The notes: a model not told the origin generated them from the sequence alone. A DNA stretch of 63,867 nucleotides, filler included, from Phoronis australis (GCA_002633005.1; 7 parts of 7 records of this genome joined end to end with filler, not necessarily neighbours in it), one strand, 5' to 3'. Positions 36,162 through 50,660 are shown, numbered from the whole stretch's first letter. Made by a program: numbers and translations.

Positions 36162-37344
36162 TAAGAGTATGTTATGTTGTTAAAGAACTTTAAATTTTCA
36201 ACCTAATGGAAAATATCATGCTCATGACGGACATTGCTCTGTGTGTCGTTCCCTGTGACAGTTGACAGTGAACTGCAATGTGTGATAGTGTTAATTAATT
36301 ATGACAGTTAATGAAATTGATGAAAGAAATTTTGTTGCAGAAACATTGGAAATGTATGGTGTTCACATGTAGGTTGTGATGTTATTACAAGTAAAAATAC
36401 ATATGATTGTCATTAATTCAAATATTTACTTAAATACAATTGGCAAACAGCATCATCATTTAATTGATCTTATATGGTCTCATTCACTAAGACTGATGTT
36501 GAATCAAAGCATACAGTCGATCCGCTTAAACTATGGCGGCAGAACAAAAAAAACTATTTGCAGCACCACTAAACTCCATGGTCGAACCAAAAAACCCATG
36601 ATTAAATGACAGGACTAAAAAACTTAACTCTTTTTTTGCAGGCGTAACATTTCGAGCCCCTGCATTTCCTGATTGATGCCGTAGGGATCCCAGTGTTTTC
36701 CGTCATTTTTGTCCTGTGTAGCACTCTCCAATTTGGCGTCAAATTGACAACGGCTGCAGGCATAACACTGCTTGCCACTGGATATCCTGACGTATGCCCA
36801 AGGGCTCTGTGTAACGCTTTCCAATATGCCGTCATATTGACAAAGCGTGTTTCATGTATCTGAATGGCACGCACCCGTTCTATGTGGTTTCTAAGGAAAT
36901 AGTATTAGACCGGCAGCCCAGAGCACTTAGCATAGATGAACGAGGTACCAACATCTGACCACGGGAGTGTTTAAAGTCTACCTCAGTATGTACAGAAATG
37001 GACGTCTGCCGTTGTCTGCACTCTGGGTGTGACCCCTGGGGGCCTNNNNNNNNNNNNNNNNNNNNNNNNNNNNNNNNNNNNNNNNNNNNTTAATTAATTA
37101 ANNNNNNNNNNNNNNNNNNNNNNNNNNNNNNNNNNNNNNNNNNNNTGCATGAAGCAGGACCAGATGAATAGCGACAATTCCCATGATGCCCCAGTCACGT
37201 GACAACACTAGAACTCACAACATCCTGCCACTAACGGAAACTCACGGACAAACACGAACACACGAGACAACACGAAAAACGAGACCACACAAACCAACAT
37301 TCACAACATACTCAAGGAATGGTGTAGTTTTTAATAACACAAAT

Positions 37345-37428
37345 TTTGTGTCAAATTTTATGTGGTCAGTTTTTTACCCACATTGGTGCAAAGCTGTATA
37401 TTTAGTATACAGCTTTGTACCAAGGCTA
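37345..37428 (+). repeat. Dispersed repeat end (TATTTAGTATACAGCTTTG..CCAAGGCTA); other copies at 8351-8381 (+) and 32720-32800 (-)
   Basis: Direct sequence similarity among three sites. Confidence 0.65.
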
Positions 37429-37530
37429 GCTGACTGGCTAGTTTACGCCTTACGGACTAGCTGGCTGTGCTGTAGTCAGTGTTCTCCACGACCACTTTTA
37501 ACGTGTCGCAGCGTCCTGTTTGGCCGAGCA

Positions 37531-37650
37531 CGCGTCCTGTTTAAATGTCCCGCGTCCTGTTTAAATGTCCCGCGTCCTGTTTAAATGTCCCGCGTCCTGT
37601 TTAAAAATCCAGCGTCCTGTTTAAAAATCTCGCGACCAGTTTAAAAATAT
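37531..37650. repeat. 20-bp minisatellite (CGCGTCCTGTTTAAATGTCC), 6 copies with polar decay
   Basis: Units at 37531, 37551, 37571, 37591, 37611 and 37631. Confidence 0.9.
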
Positions 37651-38714
37651 AGGTTCTACTTTGTAAAAAAGACGTCGTCGTCGTTAATAAGTTCTTCACT
37701 GGTTCAAATTACGCTTGACAGCAACTGGCCATAGCCCATTGAAACTGAATAAAGGCTAAGCCTAAGGAAGTCTGTGGTCCGTTGTGGACAGCCTAATCAT
37801 CGGACTCAGTCAAGCGGCAGACCGGGCCCCAAGTCTATTTATGCTGTAACGTGGCGTGTAAATAATCTCTCGATTATCTTTTCAATTCATCCCGAACAAC
37901 TAGTCAATTTAAACAAACGCCCAGTGCTACCTATACGCCTAATCCACTACCTGCTCACTGGAGGTGCAGTCCGGCACGAAAGTCGCTGATCGTTGCGTTA
38001 GGCCTTTTCGCTTTTGCAGTCACCTTTTTGTGTTCGGCGGAGAACTAATCATATTACCCATTGAAAATAAAATAATTAAGGCTCGGTGGTTAGTTCTGCG
38101 AAGTGTATTTTGTCAGCAAAGACACCGTTGCGCAACCGTTTATGCAACGGCCGTCTTCTGGGAGGCCAGAATTTTGGTTTTCGTAGCACATTTTTCAATA
38201 TTCCGTAGGCCCCACCAAAGACGCTAACCTCTCTACGGTCTCTGGCCCCACGACAGACTTTACCGATACCAGTCTCAAAAACATTTGCATGAAACTGCCT
38301 TTGATGGTTCTCACTGGTTGTTGTTTGTGTATTTCTCACTTAGATGAATATTATTGGTTACTTTTTGTGCCACCGGCCCATTGAGATTGACCGAGTTCAT
38401 CTCGTTGCCTTATAAGGAGTTTCGTTGGCAGCATGAACATTATGTTTGTGGCGCATACTCCCTCTAAAAATATGTCGAGCCGTTCGTAAACTCAACTTCG
38501 ACAGTGGCTGTGACGTTTGCGGTTTCGGGGGAGTATTACGAGATTTGGGACAGCGGGTGACGTCACATTAAAGTTCAAAATATATGTGTTTCGCGCTGAG
38601 AAATTGCAGCCAAAATCACGTGCTCTCATTGAAATCAAGCGGTAATATCTCGCGTAATCTCGCAGAGTTTTGTTTACCTATCGTGGTTCTTACGTTGGTG
38701 AATTCTATCCTGGC

Positions 38715-40375
38715 TTCTGTTGCCAATTGACATGCGCATTCTACATACTTAGAAATGTCGTCTGCCGCGCGAAAGCGAAGCACCGCTAAACCTAAGGATT
38801 ATTTTAAAAACCGAGAGATGTTTCAGATACTGACGTTGACTCAGATGCAGATACGACAGATAATCCAGGGCCAGATGGTGGTGATATTGCCGGGCTCGGT
38901 CAACGAATCGAAGATATCCGTGTCACAAACGGTGAACCGAATTTTTGCTGACAACGTCAGACATCGGCAATACAAAACAATTCGCTCTAACATGAGAATA
39001 GATGATTTTCATCTGGAAGAATGAGTGTGACAATCCAGAAAATTATGGGAATTCCATAGTTGCAAGCGTTTGATAATTCAGTTGATATCTTTTTAGAAAT
39101 ATTGGTTGTCATCAACAGGCCTGACACTCCCGTCCAAGTAGGNNNNNNNNNNNNNNNNNNNNNNNNNNNNNNNNNNNNNNNNNNNNNNNNNNNNNNNNNN
39201 NNNNNNNNNNNNNNNNNNNNNNNNNNNNNNNNNNNNNNNNNNNNNNNNNNNNNNNNNNNNNNNNNNNNNNNNNNNNNNNNNNNNNNNNNNNNNNNNNNNN
39301 NNNNNNNNNNNNNNNNNNNNNNNNNNNNNNNNNNNNNNNNNNNNNNNNNNNNNNNNNNNNNNNNNNNNNNNNNNNNNNNNNNNNNNNNNNNNNNNNNNNN
39401 NNNNNNNNNNNNNNNNNNNNNNNNNNNNNNNNNNNNNNNNNNNNNNNNNNNNNNNNNNNNNNNNNNNNNNNNNNNNNNNNNNNNNNNNNNNNNNNNNNNN
39501 NNNNNNNNNNNNNNNNNNNNNNNNNNNNNNNNNNNNNNNNNNNNNNNNNNNNNNNNNNNNNNNNNNNNNNNNNNNNNNNNNNNNNNNNNNNNNNNNNNNN
39601 NNNNNNNNNNNNNNNNNNNNNNNNNNNNNNNNNNNNNNNNNNNNNNNNNNNNNNNNNNNNNNNNNNNNNNNNNNNNNNNNNNNNNNNNNNNNNNNNNNNN
39701 NNNNNNNNNNNNNNNNNNNNNNNNNNNNNNNNNNNNNNNNNNNNNNNNNNNNNNNNNNNNNNNNNNNNNNNNNNNNNNNNNNNNNNNAATTGTTTTGTTT
39801 ACCCTACCTAATTTGCATTCAAGGGGGACTCGCGTATTGTGCAGTTTTTACAAGAGTTCTGGTAGTGCAGAAGTGCAATATGTTGTACCAGCTTCAGAAC
39901 ATCGAATTCAGACTGTAAGAATGTGCAAGATATTACACGTACAGACTGAGAGAAAACGTAAACTCTGCTATCAAGACATAAAAATGTGACTGACTTAACA
40001 AAGACACTTCACTTGGACTGTCTACGTCATAGGAAAAGTTTACTTCTGTGTTAGACTTTTTGTACTTAGTTGACATTGACATCATTATTGAGTAGCCTAA
40101 AACATTTCCCCATACTGTATCAAACACTCTGTAGACTTCCATTTCAAAGTTATTGACTAAGCAAATGGGTTATGACATATGTGATATGTTTGTAAATAAG
40201 TCCAACTTTTAAAAATAAAAAGTCGAATACACACAGTTATTTGTTTGCACTACTGTGCATTACTATTAAAATGAGTGGGTAAAAATAAGGTGCACAAAAA
40301 ACTGCACACTAGCTTATGGAGAACATTGACCGCCGCGCGGTTCTGGCACGTTGCAGTTTTTACGCGTGCGACCTG
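38715..40375 (+). repeat. Copy 1 of a ~1 kb duplicated segment (contains a 645-N gap)
   Basis: Nearly identical to 41985-43094. Confidence 0.9.
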
Positions 40376-41277
40376 CATTGCTGTGTAGCAACTGACAAAT
40401 TGGCCGCGATTTCAGGTAGCCCTCAAACAAGCCAGATTTGCAAAAAACTAGTTGGTTGACAGTACTTTTGCCAAAAATGTGGTCCAAAATTTGGACCACA
40501 TTTTTGGAATCGGTAGGAAATTTGCTTTCGGAATCTAATGTTGGCTTTAGTCGAGCATCGGCAGGAAAGTGGTGATTTTGGGGTGAAAAGTGCCGATTTT
40601 GCATTTTTTTGCCCTCATTTTTCTTAGTTCAGCTTGGTTTCCAGTGGGAGTGAAAGAGTCAAAAATGCAAGAGAGAATAAAGTTTCTGTGCGCATCTGTA
40701 GGGCTTCTGATGTGAAATTACTCAAAACATTTCCTTATTTGCATGCAGTTTTTGAAGAAAGGGTGAAGAGTGCATTGACGTGTGTTCTGACAGGCAAACC
40801 CCTGTGTCTGTGACTGTGAGTGTGAGAACTGTTCTGTGCCTCCCTGGCCTAGCTGTGCTGTGCCTGTGATCGGGCTCAGGCGAGGAAACTTCTGCCGCTT
40901 TAACTGAATAAAGATTTACCTGTTCGTCTAAAACGAAATCGCCCCCATCAGCAAGCGTTCCATAAATTCCCTTCATGTTTAGCTGTTTGAAAAACTCTTG
41001 TTCAACAGAAGCATATTTCTCTTTCAATACAAAACTTTCCGCGAAGTTCTCGTGAGTGCTGTCTGCTGATTAAAACTTCCTGTGCTCTTGGTTAATACCT
41101 ATCCTTCGAATATATTTTTTAAAGAGGGTCTGAACTTTTTTCATGATAAAAATATAATTTACACTATTCCTATGTGACATGTATAAATTAAGGATGAAAA
41201 ATTAATTCTTTCATGATGCAAAGTATTTGTTTTTCGAAATTATTTAACAACTGGTACAGTTTCACGTTACGCCCACC

Positions 41278-41318
41278 ATTACCCACAATGCAGCAATTCT
41301 AATGCTGGGAGTTGTGAG
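41278..41318. promoter_or_regulatory. Pair of ZNF143/Staf-like motifs, possible promoter
   Basis: TTACCCACAATGCA and inverted ACAACTCCCAGCATT, with a strong donor-like GTAAGT at 41440. Confidence 0.3.
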
Positions 41319-41780
41319 AGACTTTGATTAGAAATTCGGCACGTTTGTTGGACATAATAACGTTCTGCTGATTTTATTTTGCCGGAATTAGCCGATTTGG
41401 AGCCTTCTTTTTGCGACCTGCTGTTGAATGAAAAATCTTGTAAGTATCGCACCTTCTGAACTCTTGTAACGTGTTCAATGTATAACCACCCTACACTGGC
41501 CTACACTGCTACAGTCCTGCATTCTCGGTCTAGCCATCCGCTGTATGAAGACTCGTTAAAATACAGCTAGGTACCACTGTGTGTTGAGCTCCCTTAGATC
41601 CCGAAAATTTCACACATCTCAGTTAGTTCTGCTCGTCGCCATGTCAGGAAAATTATATCAACGTGTAGAGCTAACAACCGGCAGAGGTGCTTGCAAAATC
41701 TGGGAGTCAGCTGACACTCACCTAGGCAATGACCATCGCCGCTGTTGGCCCGAAGCAGAGGCGATGCAGAGGCTATAGGC

Positions 41781-41895
41781 CAGGGCTCGACGCTACGAAA
41801 ATCGCCAGGTCGCATTTTGCGACCAAGCCAAAATCCTAGGTCGCATTTTCAAAATTCAGCTCGCATTCATAAATTCCAGGTCGCGAAAATTTCCC
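41781..41895 (+). mobile_element. hAT-like transposon end with GGTCGC subterminal repeats
   Basis: CAGGGCTCGACGCTAC followed by repeated GGTCGCA/TGCGACC. Confidence 0.5.
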
Positions 41896-41984
41896 GCCAT
41901 TTTTACAGACCAAAATTGGCTTTTACGTCATAAGAAAATGCCTAGATTATGCTCTTGCGACGTTAAATACTCACAAATTTCATN

Positions 41985-43094
41985 TTCCGTTACCAATTGA
42001 CATGCGCATTCTACATACTTAGAAATGTCGTCTGCCGCGCGAAAGCGAAGCACCGCTAAAGCTAAGGATTATTTTAAAAACCGAAGAGATGTTTCAGATA
42101 CTGACGTTGACTCAGATGCAGATGCGACAGATAATACAGGGCCAGATGGTGGTGATATTGCCGGGCTCGGTCAACGAATCGAAGATATCCGTGTCACAAA
42201 CGGTGAACCGAATTTTTGCCGACAATTCGTCAGACATTGGCAATACAAATGAATACAATTCGCTCTAACATGAGAATAGATGATTTTCATCTGGAAGTAT
42301 GAGTTTGTGACAAACCAGAAAATTATGGGAATTCCATGGTTGCAAGCGTTTGATAATTCAGTTGATATCTTTTTAGAAATATTGGTTGTCATCAACAGGC
42401 CTGACACTCCCGTCCAAGTTGGCCTAGATGGAAAACGCAAGTGAATTGTTTTCTTTACCCTACCTAATTTGCATTCAAAGGGGACTCGCGTATTGTGCAG
42501 TTTTTACAAGAGTTCTGGTAGTGCAGAAGTGCAATATGTTGTACCAGCTTCAGAACATCGAATTCAGACTGTAAGAATGTGCAAGATATTACACGTACAG
42601 ACTGAGAGAAAACGTAAACTCTGCTATCAAGACACTTCACTTGGACTGTCTACGTCATAGGAAAAGTTTACTTCTGTGTTAGACTTTTTGTACTTAGTTC
42701 ACATTGAAATCATTATTGAGTAGCCTAAAACATTTCCTCATACTGTATCAAACACTCTGTAGACTTCCATTTCAAAGTCATTGACTAAGCAAATGGGTTA
42801 TGACATATGTGATATGTTTGTAAATAAGTCCAACTTTTAAAAATAAAAAGTTGAATACACACAGTTATTTGTTTGCACTACTATGCATTACTATTAAAAT
42901 GAGTGGGTAAAAATAAGGTGCACAAAAAACTGCACACTAGCTTATGGAGAACATTGACCGCCGCGCGGTTCCGGCACGTATTACTATTAAAATGAGTGGG
43001 TAAAAATAAGGTGCACAAAAAACTGCACACTAGCTTATGGAGAACATTGACCGCCGTGCGGTTCCGGCACGTTGCAGTTTTTACGTGTGCGACC
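41985..43094 (+). repeat. Copy 2 of the ~1 kb duplicated segment, with an internal 93-bp tandem duplication (42887-42979/42980-43072)
   Basis: Starts immediately after the n at 41984 and is near-identical to 38715-40375. Confidence 0.9.
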
Positions 43095-46000
43095 CGTTTA
43101 GATTTTCAGATGTGGAGAACACTGTCATGGCTGACAACTTTCATCAGACCACGCGAAATGCCATGAGAGATGACATGTAATTGGTCAGAAGTGTTTTGGA
43201 GAGAGTATAGTCTAACTTCATGGCAACAAACATCAAGGGACCTTTGAAATCTGCACATTGTGATGATAGGTTGTTGAAGGCAGGGTAGACTTAGACACAT
43301 TAGCTAAAATCAGGACTTGGAAAGTTTCTTTGTTGTATTGCTGTTAATGTTCTAACCAGGGAAAGTTGTAAAGAAGTTTGAATTTGCACTTCAGCCTACC
43401 ACTAACTCAGTAGTAAACACTATCAGGAAATGTATGAAGACTGCTAGTAAATGACCAGCCCAGCCCAACATAACAAATTTAGTGTAACACATATCATTCA
43501 TTTCATGTGATAGCAACGTTAATTTGTCAACCACAACACTAATATGGACATGAAACTTATGTAGCAGATATCAAGGCAGAAACAGGCAGCAAGCCGCATG
43601 TAGGGTCATACGAGCATGCCAGTGGACCAGTACACATAACTAAACCTTAAGGTTATGTATGACCTTGTCAACCACGTGTATTTAGCCATGTGTCTAAAAA
43701 CTATAGACTTTAACTCAGTAAAAGTATATATTTTCCTAAAGTAGAAAGACTGTAGAATTTGATAGTTAACGGTTTACCAAGCTGAGTCAAGTGACCACGT
43801 TCATTAAATTAAATTTAGCAATAAGTAAGGTACATTGATAGTAAAACATCAGCACCAACAAAATTACCAAATTTCACTTGAGATAAATATTCAAGACGAA
43901 ATCTTCAAAACGTTGTTACAGTTCTCAACTTTTCACGAAAATAAGTTTTCAAAGCCCCTCATGCAAAATGGAAGTTTTTAAAAACAAATCCTTAAAGTTC
44001 TCAACTTCTCATTTTTCATGAAAATAAAAAAGTAATTTTTATAGACCCTCATGCAAAATGGCAATTTTAAACAACAATTCCTAATAGTGTTTTGGAGAAG
44101 AGTCCACAAAGCAGAGTATCTCAAAGTTTTATATGAATTCAAACAGCCATTTTTAAGATATGATGTTCTGAAGTTAACCACTTATCTACACAACTATAGA
44201 TTTTGACTCATTAAAAGTAATATTTCTGAAAGTTGAAAGCCTGCAGAATTCTTGACTTTTTGCAAATCTGTGGTTAATTAGGTCACGTGATTTTTTTTGT
44301 AAAATTTACATCAACAGTTTCAATAACGATCAAACAAAAAACGTATAAATGTTCAAGGTGAGATGTCAAAAGGCAGATAATTTTCTAAAATATTTCATTT
44401 TCGGACTAAAGCAAAGTATCTGAAAGTTTCATGCAAATCCCAATAATCATCTCTGAGATATGATCTGGGCCAAAATTGAATTTTGTAGGATCCTCCATAA
44501 GCCAAGATCAACACTAAACAGTGCAACCTACTCACCAGATGGCGCTGACCACGTGTCATCACGAGGAGTCCAAGGATTGGCCGTGGCAAAGATCCCCTTC
44601 CCGTCGCCCCTGTTGTTCTCATTGTCCCAAATCTTTTTGGTAGGAGCAAACTGTAAAGTAAGACACCGTCTTAAAAACACTGATACCTACTTTTGATCAC
44701 TAAATGGCATCAAAGCACCCTACACACACACACACACACACACTTGCGCATAAAGTCATAAAGCTAACAAAAACTCTGAAACCAAAACCAAAACCCAAAC
44801 CAAAAGGCATAGCATAGCCCTCTGTCAATATTAGACCCCAGTTACAAACATGGCTTTTGGCTCAGCAAACACAGACTCGCCAACAAGTCAAACTCATTGC
44901 ACGATGCCGGAATAGCAAAAAAAAAAACGAGCTTCCTGATTGAATTGGACAGTACATGGAGTCCTTGCACCATGTTCGACAGTCAGTGAGCAGTCTCCGC
45001 TATATCGGGCAAATTTTGTGAGCCCCTTTTACTGAGCATGGAGATCGGAGGGAAGTGTTGAGAGTCCGGACACGACTTTCAGAGATGGTGAACTGGGTTT
45101 ACTAGGCCTGTGAACCGCTTTTTAAGCAAAAAATTCCATGCATGAGAGTGACAGCCATGTTGTTCCCGCCCCTTGAAAACTGGTGGTTAAATAGATAATT
45201 TTCCACCAAGTTATCTGTACACTCCAATTCTAAATTCTATTTTCAGGTAACATTAAATGGTTTAAGTAAAAATAAAGTCCCAAAATGATAACACTCCATG
45301 CCAACTTCAGGACTATACGGTAAGGACTGCAGCAAGGTGCATATAGTCATATTAAGTGGAACAAAGGCAGATGGACATTTTCAAAATATAGAAAGGCTGT
45401 TATTTGTGACCATATCAAACTTCAAGGAAGTCATAATAAAATCCATAGCACCTACCCTAAATTCCAGGATCAAAACTTTCCAACAGTATCCTAGCTTTAC
45501 TTAACCTTTTTCGTGACCAAACTGATGCATAATACCTAGTCAATGTGAAAGGTGACCACTAAGCTGGCAAAGCACTTTGGGACAACTGCAAAGCTGTTCG
45601 TTTCAAACTGGGATGATAAAAAAGTTTAAGTATCCATCAAAAACATCACAGTTTTAGGAACAGTGTGTGCCCGCAAACAACCACACACACTGCCAAGCAC
45701 CATGACATTTTACATCACACATGTAACATAGCAAATCTGTTTAAACAGCCATTGACAATGCGAAATAATGATCCGTCATGGTACATAATTGGTTTTGCAG
45801 GAGAAAAACATCACTTTTGCAATTATAGTAGGATGGGATGGATATCTTCAAATTACTAGCTATCGAAATAAAATCGGTTATGAAGATTTTGTGATTTTAC
45901 TACCAATCGGAAGCAACACATTTGGAAGCAACACATTAGCTTTACTTAAGGCCCTGCTCTTCAGGTTTCAAAAATGAAGAAGTCTGTTCCAACAAAAAAA

Positions 46001-47588
46001 ATCCCCATTTCATTATTTAGTGAAATAGCATGGAATTTGGGAGTTGCTTTACTTGTCCCGTTGAATAATACCACAGCTGTATTACTGAAAATTTGCTGCA
46101 CGCCATGTTCATTGTTTTTCAAAATTGGAAAAAAATGAGAAACCTTCACAAGAAAGAGTAACTGATACTATAATAAATGTTTATCCATTTGTGGTCAGAA
46201 CTCAGAATATATAGATTTTATTCTTAATTTTGGGAAATCAAAAATATTAGAATTATGGTATCTGCTACTGATATGAGCAAATTCTGTTCAAAATCTCCAA
46301 TTCCAGCAGTTTTCCAAAATTGCAGAAAACCATGGTCTCTAAAAACAATTAACACACTTACAATAACCTGCCATTCAACAGCATCAACAACTACTCAGAT
46401 TTACGGTAGCCTATGTTGCTAAATTCACTGGTTTTGCCCTCTAGAAAACAACTGAATGAAGACACATGTGTCTTATTTCTACAACATTGCCCATGAGTTA
46501 CAATCAGAGAACTCCTCAGTGACAACCAATCCCATATAACGTAGGACTATTGAAAAACCTAAGCTGGAGGAACCAATACGCCACATCATCTCCAAACTTT
46601 TAAACATAACGGCAAATATTCCTATTCGGTAAACACACGGTGCAACATTTAAATACGACTGCACAACCAATACAGAGCACAGACATCCAAACACAGTTTC
46701 TATTCCCATGAGTAAAGGACCAACAGCCGCTTTCCCATACAGTGATGACATGAGGGATTACGCCTTGTCACTAGATGGTGATGGGGGTAGTTGGTGGACC
46801 ACATTATGCATTCTTGTAGAATTTATAATACAGTCCGATGTTTTGCAGTGCTTTTTGTGAGTGTAAACGCAAGCAACGCTAGCACATCAGAATTCCTAGT
46901 TTGCTTTCAGACAAAACTTTTATGTACCTTAACCCTTCACCAGAGCCTAGATTTTCTGTTTTCAAAAAGATAGAAATCCTTTAAGCAAATCTGTGGTACT
47001 TGGCTCAGCAATCTGGGGTTGCCTTTTGTGAGATGGCACTTGCCAAATCAGACATGAAGTGAATTGTTTGGTTGCTTACCTTTCCAGTGGTAATTAACAT
47101 TAAAGGTTTAGACAAAGATATTGACACCAACTGTCAACACATTACATGTGCCACATGTGGTTTAAGAAGTGGGATATTGATTTTACATTGTCACCCATGA
47201 GTTTTTCACAGGTCAACAGTTAGAAGTGATTGATGCCTACAGGTACACTTAAATGCCACAAATAAGCCTCTGAATTGACAACAATGGCATCAGGAAGCTA
47301 TTCAGGAGCAGTTATAACACTTCATGGTTTGTTTTGAAACAGACTGAAACCTGTAAGGTAGCAAATGGGAATGCTTGAAATCAAAAGCAGGCAAATCTTG
47401 CCATGTCTGTCATGAAACCTAGACGGCCAAGATATCTGTGATAGACAGGAGCAGTACAAGATAAGCACATAAATTATGTACCGCAATTAAGATATATACA
47501 TCCTAGACTTCCACACATGCTCTCATTCAGGATTTCAAAAATGGGGCATCCAAAATGGGATTTCCAATTTCGTATGATGTCTATGACC

Positions 47589-48058
47589 CAGGGCTTGGAA
47601 TGACCAATGACAAAAAAACGCGGAAACTTTTACGGCCCAAAACATGTGCGCTACCCAGCCTTGAAATAGTCGATGTGAACCTTTTGTCAACAGAAATCAG
47701 AAGGACTAAAAAAAAAAACGTTACCACCATCAGCATGCGTCTGCGTCTTTTTATCTCGTCCGTCCACTCCCACCCCCACACATTTTTAGCTGCAAGAGCC
47801 GTAGTATTTGTCACCGCGGTTTACTATCACACGAGATGCCATTGAAAATCCCACCACGCTATCCCAGATGCCCCGGCAATGCTGACAATTTACGTTCCTA
47901 CGAAACATAAAGAGCAACTTCCGCATTTTGAGGTGAACGTCGTTGGCAACGCCGCGGTAAGAAAGGAACTTGCCGCGGAAATTTTATATCAAATCTGATT
48001 TTTTTACGTGGAAATATAATAAAATGCACGGACACAACATTTGAAAAAAGTGGAAATC
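47589..48058. mobile_element. hAT-like non-autonomous element, copy 1 (right end missing)
   Basis: Begins CAGGGCTTGGAATGACC and is colinear with 48300-48780. Confidence 0.65.
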
Positions 48059-48299
48059 ATTTGAACCAAATGCTGAACAGTGCATTCTGACTAGGGTGAC
48101 TAAATTTGTGCCAGGGTGTCCGTTTGGAAGCCTTCGAGACCCTCTAGAAGGCCTACTCCCATTATGAACAAGTAGTGTTCTCTGCTCACTGCTTTGACTT
48201 GTAGCAAATTAGTCTTTTGCCACGAGTTTGCCTCCCCTGCCTCAAGTTTGAAAATCCAAAATCACAACTTCGAACAAATAAGGACATTTGGGATGCCAT

Positions 48300-48809
48300 C
48301 AGGGCTTGGAATGACCCATGACAAAAAAAAGCGGAAATTTTTACGGCCCCAAACAGCAGCCTTGAAAATGGGTGGTCTCGAATTCTTCTCGATGCGGACC
48401 TTTTGCTGACAAAACATCGGGAGGAGAGGACTTAAAAAAAAAGGTACCACCTCCAGAAGCGCGTGTCTGCATCACTTTAGCTCGTCTGTCCTATCCCGCC
48501 TCCATACATTTTGGCTGCAGAGTCGTAGTATTAGTCACCGCGATTTACAATCTCACGAGACGCCATTGAAGAAGACCACGCCATCCCAGGTGCCCCGGCA
48601 AAGATGACAATTTACGTTCCTCCGAAACATAAAGAGCAACTTCCGCTTTTCGAGGTGGAAGTCGTCGGCAACGCCGCGGTAAGAAAGAGCTTTTCCACAG
48701 AAATTTTATATCAAATCCGATTTTTTTACACGGAAATGTAATAAAATACGCGGGCAGAATATTTGGAAAAAGTGGAAATCTGCGTTTTCGTGGAAAATTC
48801 GAAGCCTTG
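48300..48809. mobile_element. hAT-like non-autonomous element, copy 2 with both TIRs
   Basis: CAGGGCTTGGAAT ... ATTCGAAGCCTTG; no exact 8-bp TSD remains. Confidence 0.65.
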
Positions 48810-50550
48810 CGCCATGGATTATTGCCTCAATGCCCACAGCATGAATACAGAATTTCCAACAGACTTTGACGACTAAGTCATTCAGGAGTTCATGATGCTT
48901 AGCTATTCAAACACACAACACATTTGTTTAAGATTCAGAATACACTTTTTAAGAATGACGTCACAAAATTTCGGGTCAGGATCACAGTGAAGAAAAGCTC
49001 AGAAGTCGGACAGTTAAAATGACTACAGTACCGCAGGGTAACACTCACAGTGACCTCACACTGTATTTGGCAACCTGAGAAAAATTTCAAGTCGACATTG
49101 CGAGTATCCAAATTCGGACAATAATTCACCCTAAAATCGTTTCAAAGTTGGCGTTGGCTTCCTAACTCTAAATTACTAACACTTTTCCTAGATTCATTAA
49201 CTTTTATTCAGAATTATGCCGTTTATTTCGTGAAATCAGAGAATTAGCCACCACAGCAGTCAGCACACATCAAACGTCCTTAAATCACAATGGGAAATAT
49301 ACAGCAAAGAGTCGGAATAGTCTGGCTAACGGGCAACATCGGGGAAATACGCGGCACCAGTGTATGCGATCACCTGCTACTCTGCGTTCTATGTTCATTC
49401 GTTGGCATGAAGAATTGAGTTAGAGAATATATGTACATTTACAAGGAGAAATTGGATAAGTACACTTAAGGGGCACGGTACAAATCGTACAATTATTTTT
49501 ATGCCAGATTGGCTAGGAGGTTTCATTTGGCAACCCGAGATTTTTGCCAGGTTGCCAAATCCATCTCGGCCTTAGCCGAAGCGTCAAGCATTGGCTTAAC
49601 TCGAATGTAGTCGAATTTCATTATTAATGTCTTCCTTATTCCTAGCAACAATCCGAACAAATTCTGAGAGCAATTGCACAACAAAGTGGCACTGTAACTC
49701 AAGCAACATTCCCTAAGAGGAATGCCCATGACAAATAGCGCTGAGGAAATAGTGGCACCATTTTGTACACAGTAGCACAAAATTTTCTCTTGAAACCTGT
49801 TTAATGCACAACTGAAGTAACAATCTTGTATAACAATAATCAACAACTGTGACACAAGTTCACAAAACATACACAATCTACATGGAGACTTTGGTTTCTG
49901 ATGAGGTTCAGATAGATTAATTACCAAGTACACCACTTTCCTTCCACCAAAAATTATCCGATAATAATTCATGAGAATGCGGACTGGACAGTTGCTTTAT
50001 CACTCAAATCAAGACAAAAACTTGGCATAACTTATTTTGTAGACTGCAGTTCAAAAATTCAGTTCATGCTTTCCAACTATAAAAGCGCTAGCCATAGACT
50101 AATGACAGACTATGACCATACAATACAGAACAAAAAAGTAGACATACAGAAATAGAGATACACATTACAATTTTGTAAAACTTTCGTTCAAACAAAATAG
50201 TGGACCTGAAGAAATGGTCTTCGTATCTGTAGGACTACATAAATATTCAACGCACGCAAATATTTGAGATCTTCTACTAGCTTAAGTACACCACTTGCTA
50301 ACAATGATAGTTATCTAATGGGGATTCTTTTTTATTTGGAGTCTAACTACTTGCAAGAATGCTGCCAACACTTATGTTAGCCTGTTATGAAAGTTGGCAG
50401 CAATGACTTCAACATGAAATAGCAGAATCTTGCAGTTCCATCAAATTGTTAATTTATCACTATAGCAATAGAACATGAGAATGAGGAAAAGCACCCACTT
50501 AATTTTAAACTATTATGCCAGTTTCTAACAGGCGATTATGCAGTCATTTA

Positions 50551-50660
50551 GAGGGTAATGGTCTGATATAACGTGCCTGAATTTTGAGAGCCAGTATTCT
50601 CCACTGAATAATGGGCATCAAACTGGTTCTCAAAATACGGGCACGTTAGACTATTGCCTG
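50551..50660. mobile_element. Palindromic mini-MITE; half copy at ~52492-52535
   Basis: TAACGTGCCTGAATTTTGAGAGCCAGT ... ACTGGTTCTCAAAATACGGGCACGTTA. Confidence 0.7.

Noticed and set aside
36602-36874. Possible KolX/P2X7-like ORF (VMPAAVVN)
   Set aside because: The match is weak, and the region has two internal repeat units typical of a transposon subterminal region.
39060-39989. 309-aa ORF
   Set aside because: Mostly N gap.
45480-45640. Possible second HIRAN relic on the minus strand (NSFAVVPKCFASL)
   Set aside because: Too decayed to support by eye.
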